Positions 16,776-24,535 of a DNA stretch of 47,276 bases are shown here, one piece after another. A program made the position numbers and the translations under genes. The DNA is taken from IMG/VR virus record IMGVR_UViG_3300038379_000405, positions 1 to 47,276 of that record. One strand, 5' to 3'. Origin of the DNA: a virus. Taxonomy: Duplodnaviria; Caudoviricetes. The notes under the pieces are model-generated. The model made no database searches. It was not told the DNA's origin and saw nothing but the letters and a program-made list of their open reading frames with translations. Positions within the stretch are counted from its first letter, which is position 1. Every line of letters starts with the position of its first letter.

Positions 16776-17304
16776 GCCGCGGCACGGCTCATCCGTGCCG
16801 CGGCACACGCGAGGCCCGGCGCGGCGTGCCACGCCGAGGAATGGCATGGCGTGGCCCCCCATGTCATGGCGGGCCCAGGCGCGGCAGGATCAGGCGCGGC
16901 ACGGCACGGTGCGGCGAGGCATGGCTAGGCCAGGCGCGACATGGCCCCCCTACATCAGGCCGCGGCGCGGCACGCCTCGGCTCGGCACGGCACGGCCAGG
17001 CCTGGCACGGCCCGGCTCTGCTCCCCGAGGCTGGTCAGTGGCAAGACAGGGCTGGCCCCGGCATGGGCTCGGCTGGGCAAGGCCCCCCTTTGCCGGGCTC
17101 GGCGGGTCCTGGCACGGCTCGGCAGGGCGCGGAATGGCACGGCTTGGCTCCCCCACTACTCGGCCAGGCCGGACTCGGCCGGGCAAGTCAGGGCCAGGCA
17201 CGGCCGGGCGCGGCACGGCCGGGCTCGGCGCGGCAAGGCATGGCTCCCCTCTTCTCGGCCCAGCCCGGCTGGGCAAGGCACGGCTGGACAAGGCTCGGCT
17301 CCCC
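16776..17304 (+). ncRNA. Putative guide-RNA array of GGC-NN pentamers in seven blocks
   Basis: About 90 units with constant GGC-like triplet and variable dinucleotide; each block ends GGCYCCCC. The repeat is certain, RNA function is inferred. Confidence 0.7.
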
Positions 17305-17329
17305 TAACCCTCAACGTCGAGGTTGACTG

Positions 17330-18001
17330 ATGGCTGAACGGCGGATGCTGCACCGGAAGGTGTCGGTCAGCGAAGACCTCGCCGAACTCCGCTCCCGCCA
17401 CGGCGCCGACGCCGTCGTCTTCTACACGTGGCTCATCCCCCACCTCGACCGGTGGGGATGCTGCCCCGCCAACCCCGGCACCCTCAGGGCGCTCGTCATC
17501 CCACGTTTCGCCGGCGTCACCGACGAGAAGGTCGGCCGGTGGGTCGCGTGGATGGTCCGTCGGGGGATGCTCGAGAAGGTCACCGGACCAGCCGGTGACA
17601 AGGGGTTGAGGTGCCCAGGATTCCACGACCACCAGCGTGGCACCGAGTTCCAGAAGGAGTCCCCCAGCCGCTACGAACCAGCCGACATCACCGAACGGTG
17701 GATCAGGACTGGACGCAAACCAAAAGTAGCCGATTTGCGGCGTGGTCGGCGACCAGTCTCCGACCAGGTCGCGAGCAGGTCGGTGCGAAGGGAAAAGAAG
17801 GAACTTCTTTTCCCCCCTACCCCCCAGGGCGACCCGGACACGGAGGCGCCCCCTGGAGGTGAACATCACCGGCTCGCTCCGCGGCCGGATGTTCACCACG
17901 ACGACGCCACAACCAGAACCACCAACGGCGAACTCGCCAGCGCAGCCGACGTCCTCGCAGCGATGCTCCACCGACAAGAAGCGAGCGCAGCCGAAACATG
18001 A
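17330..18001 (+). CDS. Putative replication initiator (replisome-organizer-like)
   Basis: MAERRML...S..L....A..FYTWLIPH.D.WG N-terminus, wHTH-like core, F..HQ; GAGGT RBS. Confidence 0.65.
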   Translation: MAERRMLHRKVSVSEDLAELRSRHGADAVVFYTWLIPHLDRWGCCPANPGTLRALVIPRFAGVTDEKVGRWVAWMVRRGMLEKVTGPAGDKGLRCPGFHDHQRGTEFQKESPSRYEPADITERWIRTGRKPKVADLRRGRRPVSDQVASRSVRREKKELLFPPTPQGDPDTEAPPGGEHHRLAPRPDVHHDDATTRTTNGELASAADVLAAMLHRQEASAAET

Positions 18002-18339
18002 CCACCACACCCCCAGCCCGCGGCTACGCTGGCCGCACCGAATACGAACGCATCCGCATCGACGAAGCCGCCCTCATCGACACCCTCGCAGCCCGCGACA
18101 CCTGCCCATACCCCGACGTCACCACCGACCTCGACGACCAACTCAACCGGATCCGCCAACGCCTCCCCGACCACGGAACCCGCGTCGAAGAACGCATCGC
18201 CGCCGGCATCCGCTACATCCACGCCGCACCAGACCACCGCGACCCACAAGGAACAGTCCGCTACGTCGTCATCCACCCCAACGGACGCAGAATCCCCCAA
18301 CACGCCCGCACCATCGACGACCTCCAGGAGGGCCGGTGA
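17998..18339 (+). CDS. Hypothetical protein
   Basis: 113 aa, coupled overlaps. Confidence 0.55.
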   Translation: MTTTPPARGYAGRTEYERIRIDEAALIDTLAARDTCPYPDVTTDLDDQLNRIRQRLPDHGTRVEERIAAGIRYIHAAPDHRDPQGTVRYVVIHPNGRRIPQHARTIDDLQEGR

Positions 18340-18560
18340 CCACCGACTGGGAACGCGCCGCCCACACCTGGCGCCTCGTCGCCGAAGCCTGGCAAGACAA
18401 CGCACGCCGCAACCACCGCGACCTCGTCACCATCACCACCATCCTCACCCACACCATCCGCCAGCTCACCAGCGAGCTCGCCGGCCACGGCCTCGAGGAC
18501 GAAGCCCACACCATCATCAACGACATGCGAAGCCAAATCCGGGAACACGCACCACAGTGA
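18336..18560 (+). CDS. Hypothetical helical protein
   Basis: 74 aa from GTG 18336, AGGAGG RBS, coupled overlaps. Confidence 0.55.
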   Translation: MTTDWERAAHTWRLVAEAWQDNARRNHRDLVTITTILTHTIRQLTSELAGHGLEDEAHTIINDMRSQIREHAPQ

Positions 18561-18766
18561 CCATGCCCGGCCTCCACCCCGACCAGGACATCGCGAACCA
18601 GCCGGGCGTCCTCACCGACATCGAACTCGTCCGATGGTTCCTCGTCGAGGTCCGCGGGTTCACCGCCGTCCACATCGCCCGGATGCAGAACGTCAGCGAA
18701 GGGGCCGTCCGGCTGTCAGTCAGGGAAGCACGGAGGAAGATCAGCAAAGCCAAGGAGGCATCATGA
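18557..18766 (+). CDS. Sigma70 region-4-like HTH protein (possible late regulator)
   Basis: LTDIE...F....GFT..HIA..QNVSEGAV......ARRKI. Confidence 0.65.
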   Translation: MTMPGLHPDQDIANQPGVLTDIELVRWFLVEVRGFTAVHIARMQNVSEGAVRLSVREARRKISKAKEAS

Positions 18767-18972
18767 CCCTCCGCCCAACCGCCCAGGCTGAGGTCGACAG
18801 GGTCGTCGCCAACGCCCTAGGCATGAGCGAGCCTGGCACCCCCATCCGTCCAACATTCGATGTCAACGGACGGCCACCACGCATCCCCGCAGTCGGCCTC
18901 CACCCCGGAGCGATCGACGGCAGCATCCCCCACGTACAGCCACGGTTGGACAGATGGCGGAAGCCCAGTTGA
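18763..18972 (+). CDS. Hypothetical protein
   Basis: 69 aa, AAGGAGG RBS, ATGA overlap. Confidence 0.55.
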   Translation: MTLRPTAQAEVDRVVANALGMSEPGTPIRPTFDVNGRPPRIPAVGLHPGAIDGSIPHVQPRLDRWRKPS

Positions 18973-18997
18973 AGCCATCAGACCTGTGCGCTACATT
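18969..18997 (+). promoter_or_regulatory. Candidate late promoter
   Basis: TTGAAG(18969-74)-17 nt-TACATT(18992-97) at start of the gap before the packaging genes. Confidence 0.55.
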
Positions 18998-19084
18998 CAC
19001 CGCTACGGAGGCAGAACGGGTCCCGACGATAGCCGGGACGCACGCCGACCTACCTACCGTTTCAGACAGGTGACCTGTCTCTCC

Positions 19085-19117
19085 AACCCGGCCAACCCAG
19101 CCGGGTTTCCCCGTTTC
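19085..19117 (+). terminator. Terminator-like hairpin in late leader
   Basis: AACCCGGC-7 nt loop-GCCGGGTT followed by TCCCCGTTTC; weak U tract. Confidence 0.4.
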
Positions 19118-19375
19118 ATGGCCCTCCTCCGACTCACACCACGAGGCGTCGAGAAGGCCGACGCACCACGCCCCAACACCCGCCGGCTACGGTCAACCGC
19201 GGCATGGACGCAGGCATCCAGAGCCCAGCGCCAGCGCGTCCCGTACTGCCAGATATGCGGCTCCAACCGTGACCTCACCGCCGACCACGCCACCCCACTC
19301 GCAGCCGGCGGCCACCTCCTCGGCCCACTCGTGACCCTCTGCCGCAGCTGCAACTCCAGGCGAGGCGCAGCGTGA
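19118..19375 (+). CDS. HNH endonuclease (terminase-associated)
   Basis: CQIC...TADH..PL..GG...L.TLCRSCNS.RG; upstream of TerS. Confidence 0.85.
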   Translation: MALLRLTPRGVEKADAPRPNTRRLRSTAAWTQASRAQRQRVPYCQICGSNRDLTADHATPLAAGGHLLGPLVTLCRSCNSRRGAA

Positions 19376-19515
19376 TGGCGAACCACAAGCGCAAAGGCCC
19401 GAAACAAACCCGAGCCGGATGCATGCTCTGCAAGATGCACAAGAACAGCCACCACCGCACCGCCGACAGGATGCGACGCAAGCGCGAATGGCGCCGACTC
19501 GAGGCGCAGGCGTGA
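19375..19515 (+). CDS. Small basic protein
   Basis: 46 aa MANHKRKGPK..RAGCMLCKMHK; TGATG coupling. Confidence 0.55.
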   Translation: MANHKRKGPKQTRAGCMLCKMHKNSHHRTADRMRRKREWRRLEAQA

Positions 19516-19694
19516 CCACCATCCGCCACGTCACCGTCAGCATCCGCCAAATCGACTACTTCCTCGACGTCGTCGAATGGGCAGTCAAAGCCCTCCCCGC
19601 CCTCCAAGCCGCCGGCCGCGGCGAAGCAGACCCAACCACAGCCCGCCTCCTCGCCGACGACTGCCCCCTCATCCAAGAGGACCAGGCGGCATGA
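19512..19694 (+). CDS. Hypothetical protein
   Basis: 60 aa, GTGA and ATGA overlaps. Confidence 0.5.
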   Translation: MTTIRHVTVSIRQIDYFLDVVEWAVKALPALQAAGRGEADPTTARLLADDCPLIQEDQAA

Positions 19695-19786
19695 CCAGCG
19701 CCATCATCGTCGCCGCCATCTCGGTCATCATCATCATCTCCTGGTTCTTCGCCACCAGGATGGTCAAGAAGGACGGAGACAGGTGA
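19691..19786 (+). CDS. Tiny membrane peptide
   Basis: 31 aa, single hydrophobic helix. Confidence 0.4.
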   Translation: MTSAIIVAAISVIIIISWFFATRMVKKDGDR

Positions 19787-19870
19787 GGGGGGGCGGGTCC
19801 GCCTCGAGAACGGATGCCTCCGAAAGCAAGACCCCGCGCCTAACCTCGCGAAAGTCTCAGGAGTCTGATT
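19787..19870. other. Candidate cos/packaging site region
   Basis: Non-coding gap before TerS beginning GGGGGGGCGGGTC; abrupt switch from C/A-rich to G/T-rich + strand here. Confidence 0.5.
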
Positions 19871-20161
19871 TTGCCTGCCGCTGACGTCAACAAAGACGCC
19901 GAGGCCGCATACCGCGACGCGATGGATCGCCTCCGCTACGTGAAGCGGGAGTGGACGAAGGCGGGCAAGCCGCTCACGACTCCCGGGTCGAGGGGGCAGC
20001 AGCGGCCCCATCCGCTGTGGGTGATGCTGCAGGACGCTGAGATGACGGCGATGCGGTTGCGTGGTGAGGTCCGCAAGCGTCATTCCGGTCCGGAGCCGAA
20101 GGCGGTGATCGGTGGTTCGCTCGGTCCGTCGCCGGCGCAGAAGTTGAGGTCCGTTCAGTGA
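19871..20161 (+). CDS. Terminase small subunit (P27-like)
   Basis: 96 aa with G......GQQRPHP motif; directly before TerL; start uncertain. Confidence 0.7.
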   Translation: MPAADVNKDAEAAYRDAMDRLRYVKREWTKAGKPLTTPGSRGQQRPHPLWVMLQDAEMTAMRLRGEVRKRHSGPEPKAVIGGSLGPSPAQKLRSVQ

Positions 20162-21642
20162 TCGCCGGTTCTGAGGGTGAGCACTTCGCCCAGTTCTGTG
20201 CGGATCACCTGGTCCAGTCGATCGAGGGGTGGGATGGTGAACCGCTCACGCTCGAGCCGTTCCAGCGGTCGTTCATGGATGACGCGTTGGCGTTCGATGC
20301 TGATGGGTGGCCGGTGTGGCGGTCGGTGGTGTTGGTGGTCGGCCGCAAGAACGGGAAGACGACCCTCCTCGCCGGGTACGCCCTGTATCGGCTGTTGACC
20401 TCGTCGGGGTTGCCTGAGGTGTTGTTGGCGGCGTCGTCGGACCGGCAGGCCGGGCGGCTGTTCGATGCGACGGCGTTGTTCATCCGTCGGTCCCCGACGT
20501 TGTCGTCGTTGTGCCGGGTCCGGGATCATGCGGGGGAGATCGTCCGGGAGGATGGTGGCGGCCGGATCCTGCGGATGTCGTCCGACCCGGGGCGGCTGCA
20601 CGGGTACAACCCGTCGTTGGTGATCTGTGATGAGCTGGCGCAGTGGACGACGCCGTCGCTGCGGCGGGCGTGGGCGGCGTTGACGACTGGTGGTGGTGCC
20701 CGCCGGTCGGCGCAGGTGTTCACGATCACGACGGCGGGTGAGGCGCATCACCGTGAGTCGGGGATCCTCGGCCAGTTGATCGACGGTAATGAGGCGGCGG
20801 GTGAGGTGTCGAGGCCGCATGGCGGGTTGACGGTGAGCCGCAACCACGCCTCGCAAACGTTGGTCTACAACTATTCGGCGCCGACGGCTGACCGACTGGA
20901 TGTGGAGGCGATCAAGCAGGCGAACCCGGCGTCGTGGATCACGTCGGATTACCTCACCCGCCAGGCGGCGAACCCTGAGCTCAGTGACGCCGAGTTCCTG
21001 CAGTTGCATGGGTGTGTGTGGGCCGCCGGCCAGGAGACGTTCATCAGCCTGGACGACTGGCGGCGGTTGGGTGACGGTGATCCGCTCGAGGTGTCGGAGC
21101 CGGTGGCGGTGATGATCGACGGGTCCTACCGGTACGACACCACAGCCGTCGCCTGGGCCCGTGTCGCTGACGATGGCCGCGTCGACGTCGCCTGCCACGT
21201 GTTCAGCGCGAGGGTTGACGCCCCGCATCACACGTTGTGTCCGGGTGGCCGGATCAGCCTCGCTGATGTTGAGGGGTTCGTCCTGGGGGTGAACTGCCGT
21301 GAGGTGGCGTTCGACCCCCGGTTCATGGCCCGGTCGGCAGAGATCATCAGTGATGCGATGCCGTCGGTGCCGGTGGTGGAGCTCGAACCGCAGTCGGGGG
21401 CGATGTATGACGCCCTCGCGTTCTTCCACCGTGGCGTCGCTGAGGGGACGATCCGCCATGCCGGTGACCCGGTGGTCGCCGCCCACGTCGCGGCGTGTCA
21501 GGGTGAGCAGGTTGAGCGTGGGTGGCGGGTGACGAAACGGAACCACACCCGCCCGATCGATGCGGTGATCGCGATGGCGGGGGCTGTGTGGCGTGCCTCG
21601 GAGGCGGTCCCGTCGGTGGAGCCGATGGTGGTGTTCGCGTGA
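20158..21642 (+). CDS. terL: Terminase large subunit
   Basis: LEPFQ, Walker A GRKNGKTT, Walker B VICDE, ITTAG, ANP, PIDAVIA nuclease motif. Confidence 0.95.
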   Translation: MIAGSEGEHFAQFCADHLVQSIEGWDGEPLTLEPFQRSFMDDALAFDADGWPVWRSVVLVVGRKNGKTTLLAGYALYRLLTSSGLPEVLLAASSDRQAGRLFDATALFIRRSPTLSSLCRVRDHAGEIVREDGGGRILRMSSDPGRLHGYNPSLVICDELAQWTTPSLRRAWAALTTGGGARRSAQVFTITTAGEAHHRESGILGQLIDGNEAAGEVSRPHGGLTVSRNHASQTLVYNYSAPTADRLDVEAIKQANPASWITSDYLTRQAANPELSDAEFLQLHGCVWAAGQETFISLDDWRRLGDGDPLEVSEPVAVMIDGSYRYDTTAVAWARVADDGRVDVACHVFSARVDAPHHTLCPGGRISLADVEGFVLGVNCREVAFDPRFMARSAEIISDAMPSVPVVELEPQSGAMYDALAFFHRGVAEGTIRHAGDPVVAAHVAACQGEQVERGWRVTKRNHTRPIDAVIAMAGAVWRASEAVPSVEPMVVFA

Positions 21643-22007
21643 CCGAGCCGCTTCGGATGCCGTGGAAGCAGGCGTGGAAGGTGCTCCCATCATGGCGGCG
21701 CCTCCACCGTGTCGCGGTCGTCGATGAGGACGATCTGTGGGATGAGGGTGGCGACACCTACGAGCGGCTGACGATGATCCGTGGCGTCACCTGTTGCGGC
21801 CTGTCCGGTGAGCTCGTCATGCCGGGGTTCCTCTCCAGGATGGGGTTGGAACGGTGTGGGTCGTGTTGCCGCGCCGCCGGCGTCGAAAACGGGTGCGGCA
21901 TCCCTGGCAACGGTGACGACTGCGGCCCGATGGATGCGTGGCAGCAGGAGGTCGCTGACCAGACGTCCGAGCGGATGTTGGCGGTCCTCAAGGCGATGGC
22001 GTCGTGA
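21639..22007 (+). CDS. Hypothetical Cys-containing protein
   Basis: 122 aa, coupled to TerL; H, CC and CxxC residues. Confidence 0.55.
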   Translation: MTEPLRMPWKQAWKVLPSWRRLHRVAVVDEDDLWDEGGDTYERLTMIRGVTCCGLSGELVMPGFLSRMGLERCGSCCRAAGVENGCGIPGNGDDCGPMDAWQQEVADQTSERMLAVLKAMAS

Positions 22008-22171
22008 CCCGCCGCCGCACCACCTTCGCGGTGGTCCTCTCCGTCCTCGGCGTGTTCTTCCTCCTGTTCGGCGTCGCCCTCCTCAACATCCCTGCCGCCC
22101 TGATCGTGGCGGGGGTCGCGTTGGTGGCGATCGGGATGGTGGGGGTGGATGTGGAGGATGACGCGGCGTGA
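22004..22171 (+). CDS. Small two-TM membrane protein
   Basis: 55 aa hydrophobic, GTGA overlaps at both ends, immediately before portal. Confidence 0.65.
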   Translation: MTRRRTTFAVVLSVLGVFFLLFGVALLNIPAALIVAGVALVAIGMVGVDVEDDAA

Positions 22172-23571
22172 CGTCCCTCCTCGCCACCCTGGTGGGCCGC
22201 GACCGGGAACGGTCGCTGAATGGTCCGTACACCCTCGACGGCCTCGCCGAGCTGTTCAAGATCGCCGGGAACACGTACATGGGGTACCCGTTGACGTCCC
22301 TGGGGTCACCTGCGGAGGAGATCGGCGGTGACTACCTCGGGTTCGCGCAGGGGGCGTACAAGGCGAACGGGGTGGTGTTCGCCTGCATGGTCGTCCGCCA
22401 ATACCTGTTCTCCGAAGCCCGCTTCCAGTTCCAGCGGATGCGCCAGGGCAGGCCGGGTGACCTGTTCGGCACCCCGGAGCTGCGGGTCCTTGAGCAGCCG
22501 TATCCGGGTGGCACCACCCGGGACCTGCTGGCCCGCGCCATCCAGGACGCCGACTTGGCGGGGAACTGGTATGGCGCACGGATCAGCGGCGGCATCCGCC
22601 GGTTGCGGCCCGACTGGGTGACGATCATCCTCGGCTCGAGGCGTGACACCGACCGGCCGGCGGACGCGGCGGACGCGGAGGTCGTCGGCTACGTCTACCA
22701 CCCCGGCGGCCGCTCGAGCACGGAACCGGCTGAGACGTTCCTGCCGTCGGAGGTCGCCCACTTCGCCCCCATCCCAGACCCCGCCGCCAGGTTCCGTGGG
22801 ATGTCGTGGTTGACGCCGATCCTCCGTGAGATCCAGGCGGACGGCCAGATGACCCAGCATCAGTCGTCCTACCTGGAGAAGGGGGCGACCCCGAACATGA
22901 TCGTGTCCCTGCAGGAGACGTCACCCGAGAACTTCATGCGGTGGGTGCAGGAGTTCAAAGCCCAGCATGAGGGTGCCGCGAACGCCTACAAAACCCTGTT
23001 CCTGGGGGCGGGGGCGGATGCGACGGTGGTCGGGTCGGACTTCAAGCAGATCGACTTCAAACAGGTCAGGGGTCATGGGGAAACACGGATCGCCGCCGCC
23101 GCCGGGGTGCCGCCGGTCATCGTGGGCCTGTCCGAGGGGTTGGAGGCCGCCACCTACTCCAACTATGGGCAGGCCCGGCGGCGGTTCGCCGACGGGACGA
23201 TGCGGCCACTGTGGGGGTTGATGGCCGACTCCCTCGCCCCCATCGTCAACATCCCCGTTGGGCGGAGCGGGGAGCCGGACAACCGCCTGTGGTACGACGA
23301 CCGGGACATCCCGTTCCTGCAGGAGGACGTCGCGGATGAGGCGGACATCCAGGAAACCCAGGCCCGCACCATCCGCACCCTGGTGGACGGGGGGTTCACC
23401 CCCGAGTCCGCCGTCTCCGCCGTCGTGAACGGGGACATGACGATGCTGTCCCACACTGGTTTGTATTCGGTCCAGCTCCAGGAGCCCGGGACGCCGGACC
23501 CAGCCGACCCCCCGGATCCATCCGCAAACGGGACTGGGCCGCCACAGCAGGCGATTCCAGCGGTCACATGA
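22168..23571 (+). CDS. Portal protein (HK97 family)
   Basis: VFAC, L.GNWY, LRPDWV, EVAHF, GMS.L, IAAAAGVPP..VG, TYSN. Confidence 0.93.
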   Translation: MTSLLATLVGRDRERSLNGPYTLDGLAELFKIAGNTYMGYPLTSLGSPAEEIGGDYLGFAQGAYKANGVVFACMVVRQYLFSEARFQFQRMRQGRPGDLFGTPELRVLEQPYPGGTTRDLLARAIQDADLAGNWYGARISGGIRRLRPDWVTIILGSRRDTDRPADAADAEVVGYVYHPGGRSSTEPAETFLPSEVAHFAPIPDPAARFRGMSWLTPILREIQADGQMTQHQSSYLEKGATPNMIVSLQETSPENFMRWVQEFKAQHEGAANAYKTLFLGAGADATVVGSDFKQIDFKQVRGHGETRIAAAAGVPPVIVGLSEGLEAATYSNYGQARRRFADGTMRPLWGLMADSLAPIVNIPVGRSGEPDNRLWYDDRDIPFLQEDVADEADIQETQARTIRTLVDGGFTPESAVSAVVNGDMTMLSHTGLYSVQLQEPGTPDPADPPDPSANGTGPPQQAIPAVT

Positions 23572-23595
23572 CCCCAGACCCCATCCCCCCCGATC

Positions 23596-23620
23596 AGGCG
23601 CCCAGCGAGGCGCCTTTCTT
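23596..23620 (+). terminator. Intrinsic terminator-like hairpin
   Basis: AGGCGCC-CAGCGA-GGCGCCT followed by TTCTT. Confidence 0.5.
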
Positions 23621-23644
23621 ATGCCCCGGCACGGAGGTTCTTCG

Positions 23645-24535
23645 ATGACCACGACGATCGACGCCGCACAGCTCGTGCGCCCGCCGCGGGATGAGCTGTT
23701 CCGCGCCCTCTCGCCGGGTATCGAGCTCCGTGACGGCGACCCAGACGCCGACGGGGCGGACGCCCGACCCGTCCTGTTCGGCCACTTCGCCCGCTTCAAC
23801 GAGTGGACGGAGATCGACTCGTTCTTCGAAGGGCGGTTCCTCGAGCGGATCGCACCCGGCGCGTTCAAGAAGACGATGCGGGAGCAGACACCCCGGGTGC
23901 TGTTCAACCACGGGCGGGACGTCACCCTCGGCAACACCATCCTCGGCGACATCGAGGAGTTGAGGGAGGACGATGAGGGCGCCTACTACGAGGTCCGCCT
24001 GTTCGACGGGATCCCCGACCTGCTGATGGACGGCCTGCGCAACAACGCGTATGGGGCGTCGTTCCGGTTCCGGGTGGTCAGGGAAGGCCTCGACCAGAAG
24101 CCCAAGCCGTCCCTCCACAACCAGGATGGGATCCCGGAGCGGACCATCAAGGAAGCCCAGCTGCTCGAGTTCGGGCCGGTGACGTTCCCCGCCTATGAGG
24201 GGGCGACCGCCGGCGTCCGATCGTGGACCGACGACTTCCACTTCATGCGCCTCGCCGGCGACCACGAGTACCGGCGGCGCCTCATCACCTTCACCCGCAC
24301 CGACGCCGCGGCCGAGCCGCACGCCGAGACGGGATACCAGCCCCTCGCGACGGTCGCGGACGTTCGCGACACCGAGGAGGACACCAGCACCATCGACGCA
24401 CCCTCGACGGAAGGCGCCGGGCCGCAGGCCCACCCCGCCCGCGAGCGCCGCGTGACCAAGCCGACGGACCCAGGCGACCTGTCGTGGATCCGCGGCGAGA
24501 ACACGCCGAAGAGGAGTTCCTTGTGGAACCCATGA
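23645..24535 (+). CDS. Prohead protease (HK97 family)
   Basis: F.ERIAPGAF, LFNH, ASFRF, E.GPVTFPAY; GGAGG RBS. Confidence 0.92.
   Translation: MTTTIDAAQLVRPPRDELFRALSPGIELRDGDPDADGADARPVLFGHFARFNEWTEIDSFFEGRFLERIAPGAFKKTMREQTPRVLFNHGRDVTLGNTILGDIEELREDDEGAYYEVRLFDGIPDLLMDGLRNNAYGASFRFRVVREGLDQKPKPSLHNQDGIPERTIKEAQLLEFGPVTFPAYEGATAGVRSWTDDFHFMRLAGDHEYRRRLITFTRTDAAAEPHAETGYQPLATVADVRDTEEDTSTIDAPSTEGAGPQAHPARERRVTKPTDPGDLSWIRGENTPKRSSLWNP

Noticed and set aside
16776-17304. Canonical CRISPR array
   Set aside because: No 23-47-nt identical repeats separated by unique spacers; the spacer-like information is interleaved at dinucleotide scale
16580-17330. ORFs predicted across the pentamer array (16580..17326, 16753..17307, 16941..17330, 16950..17291 and others)
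   Set aside because: ARHG/LG-type peptides appear in all frames as a by-product of a 5-nt GC-rich period; there is no RBS or coupling and the period is not a multiple of 3
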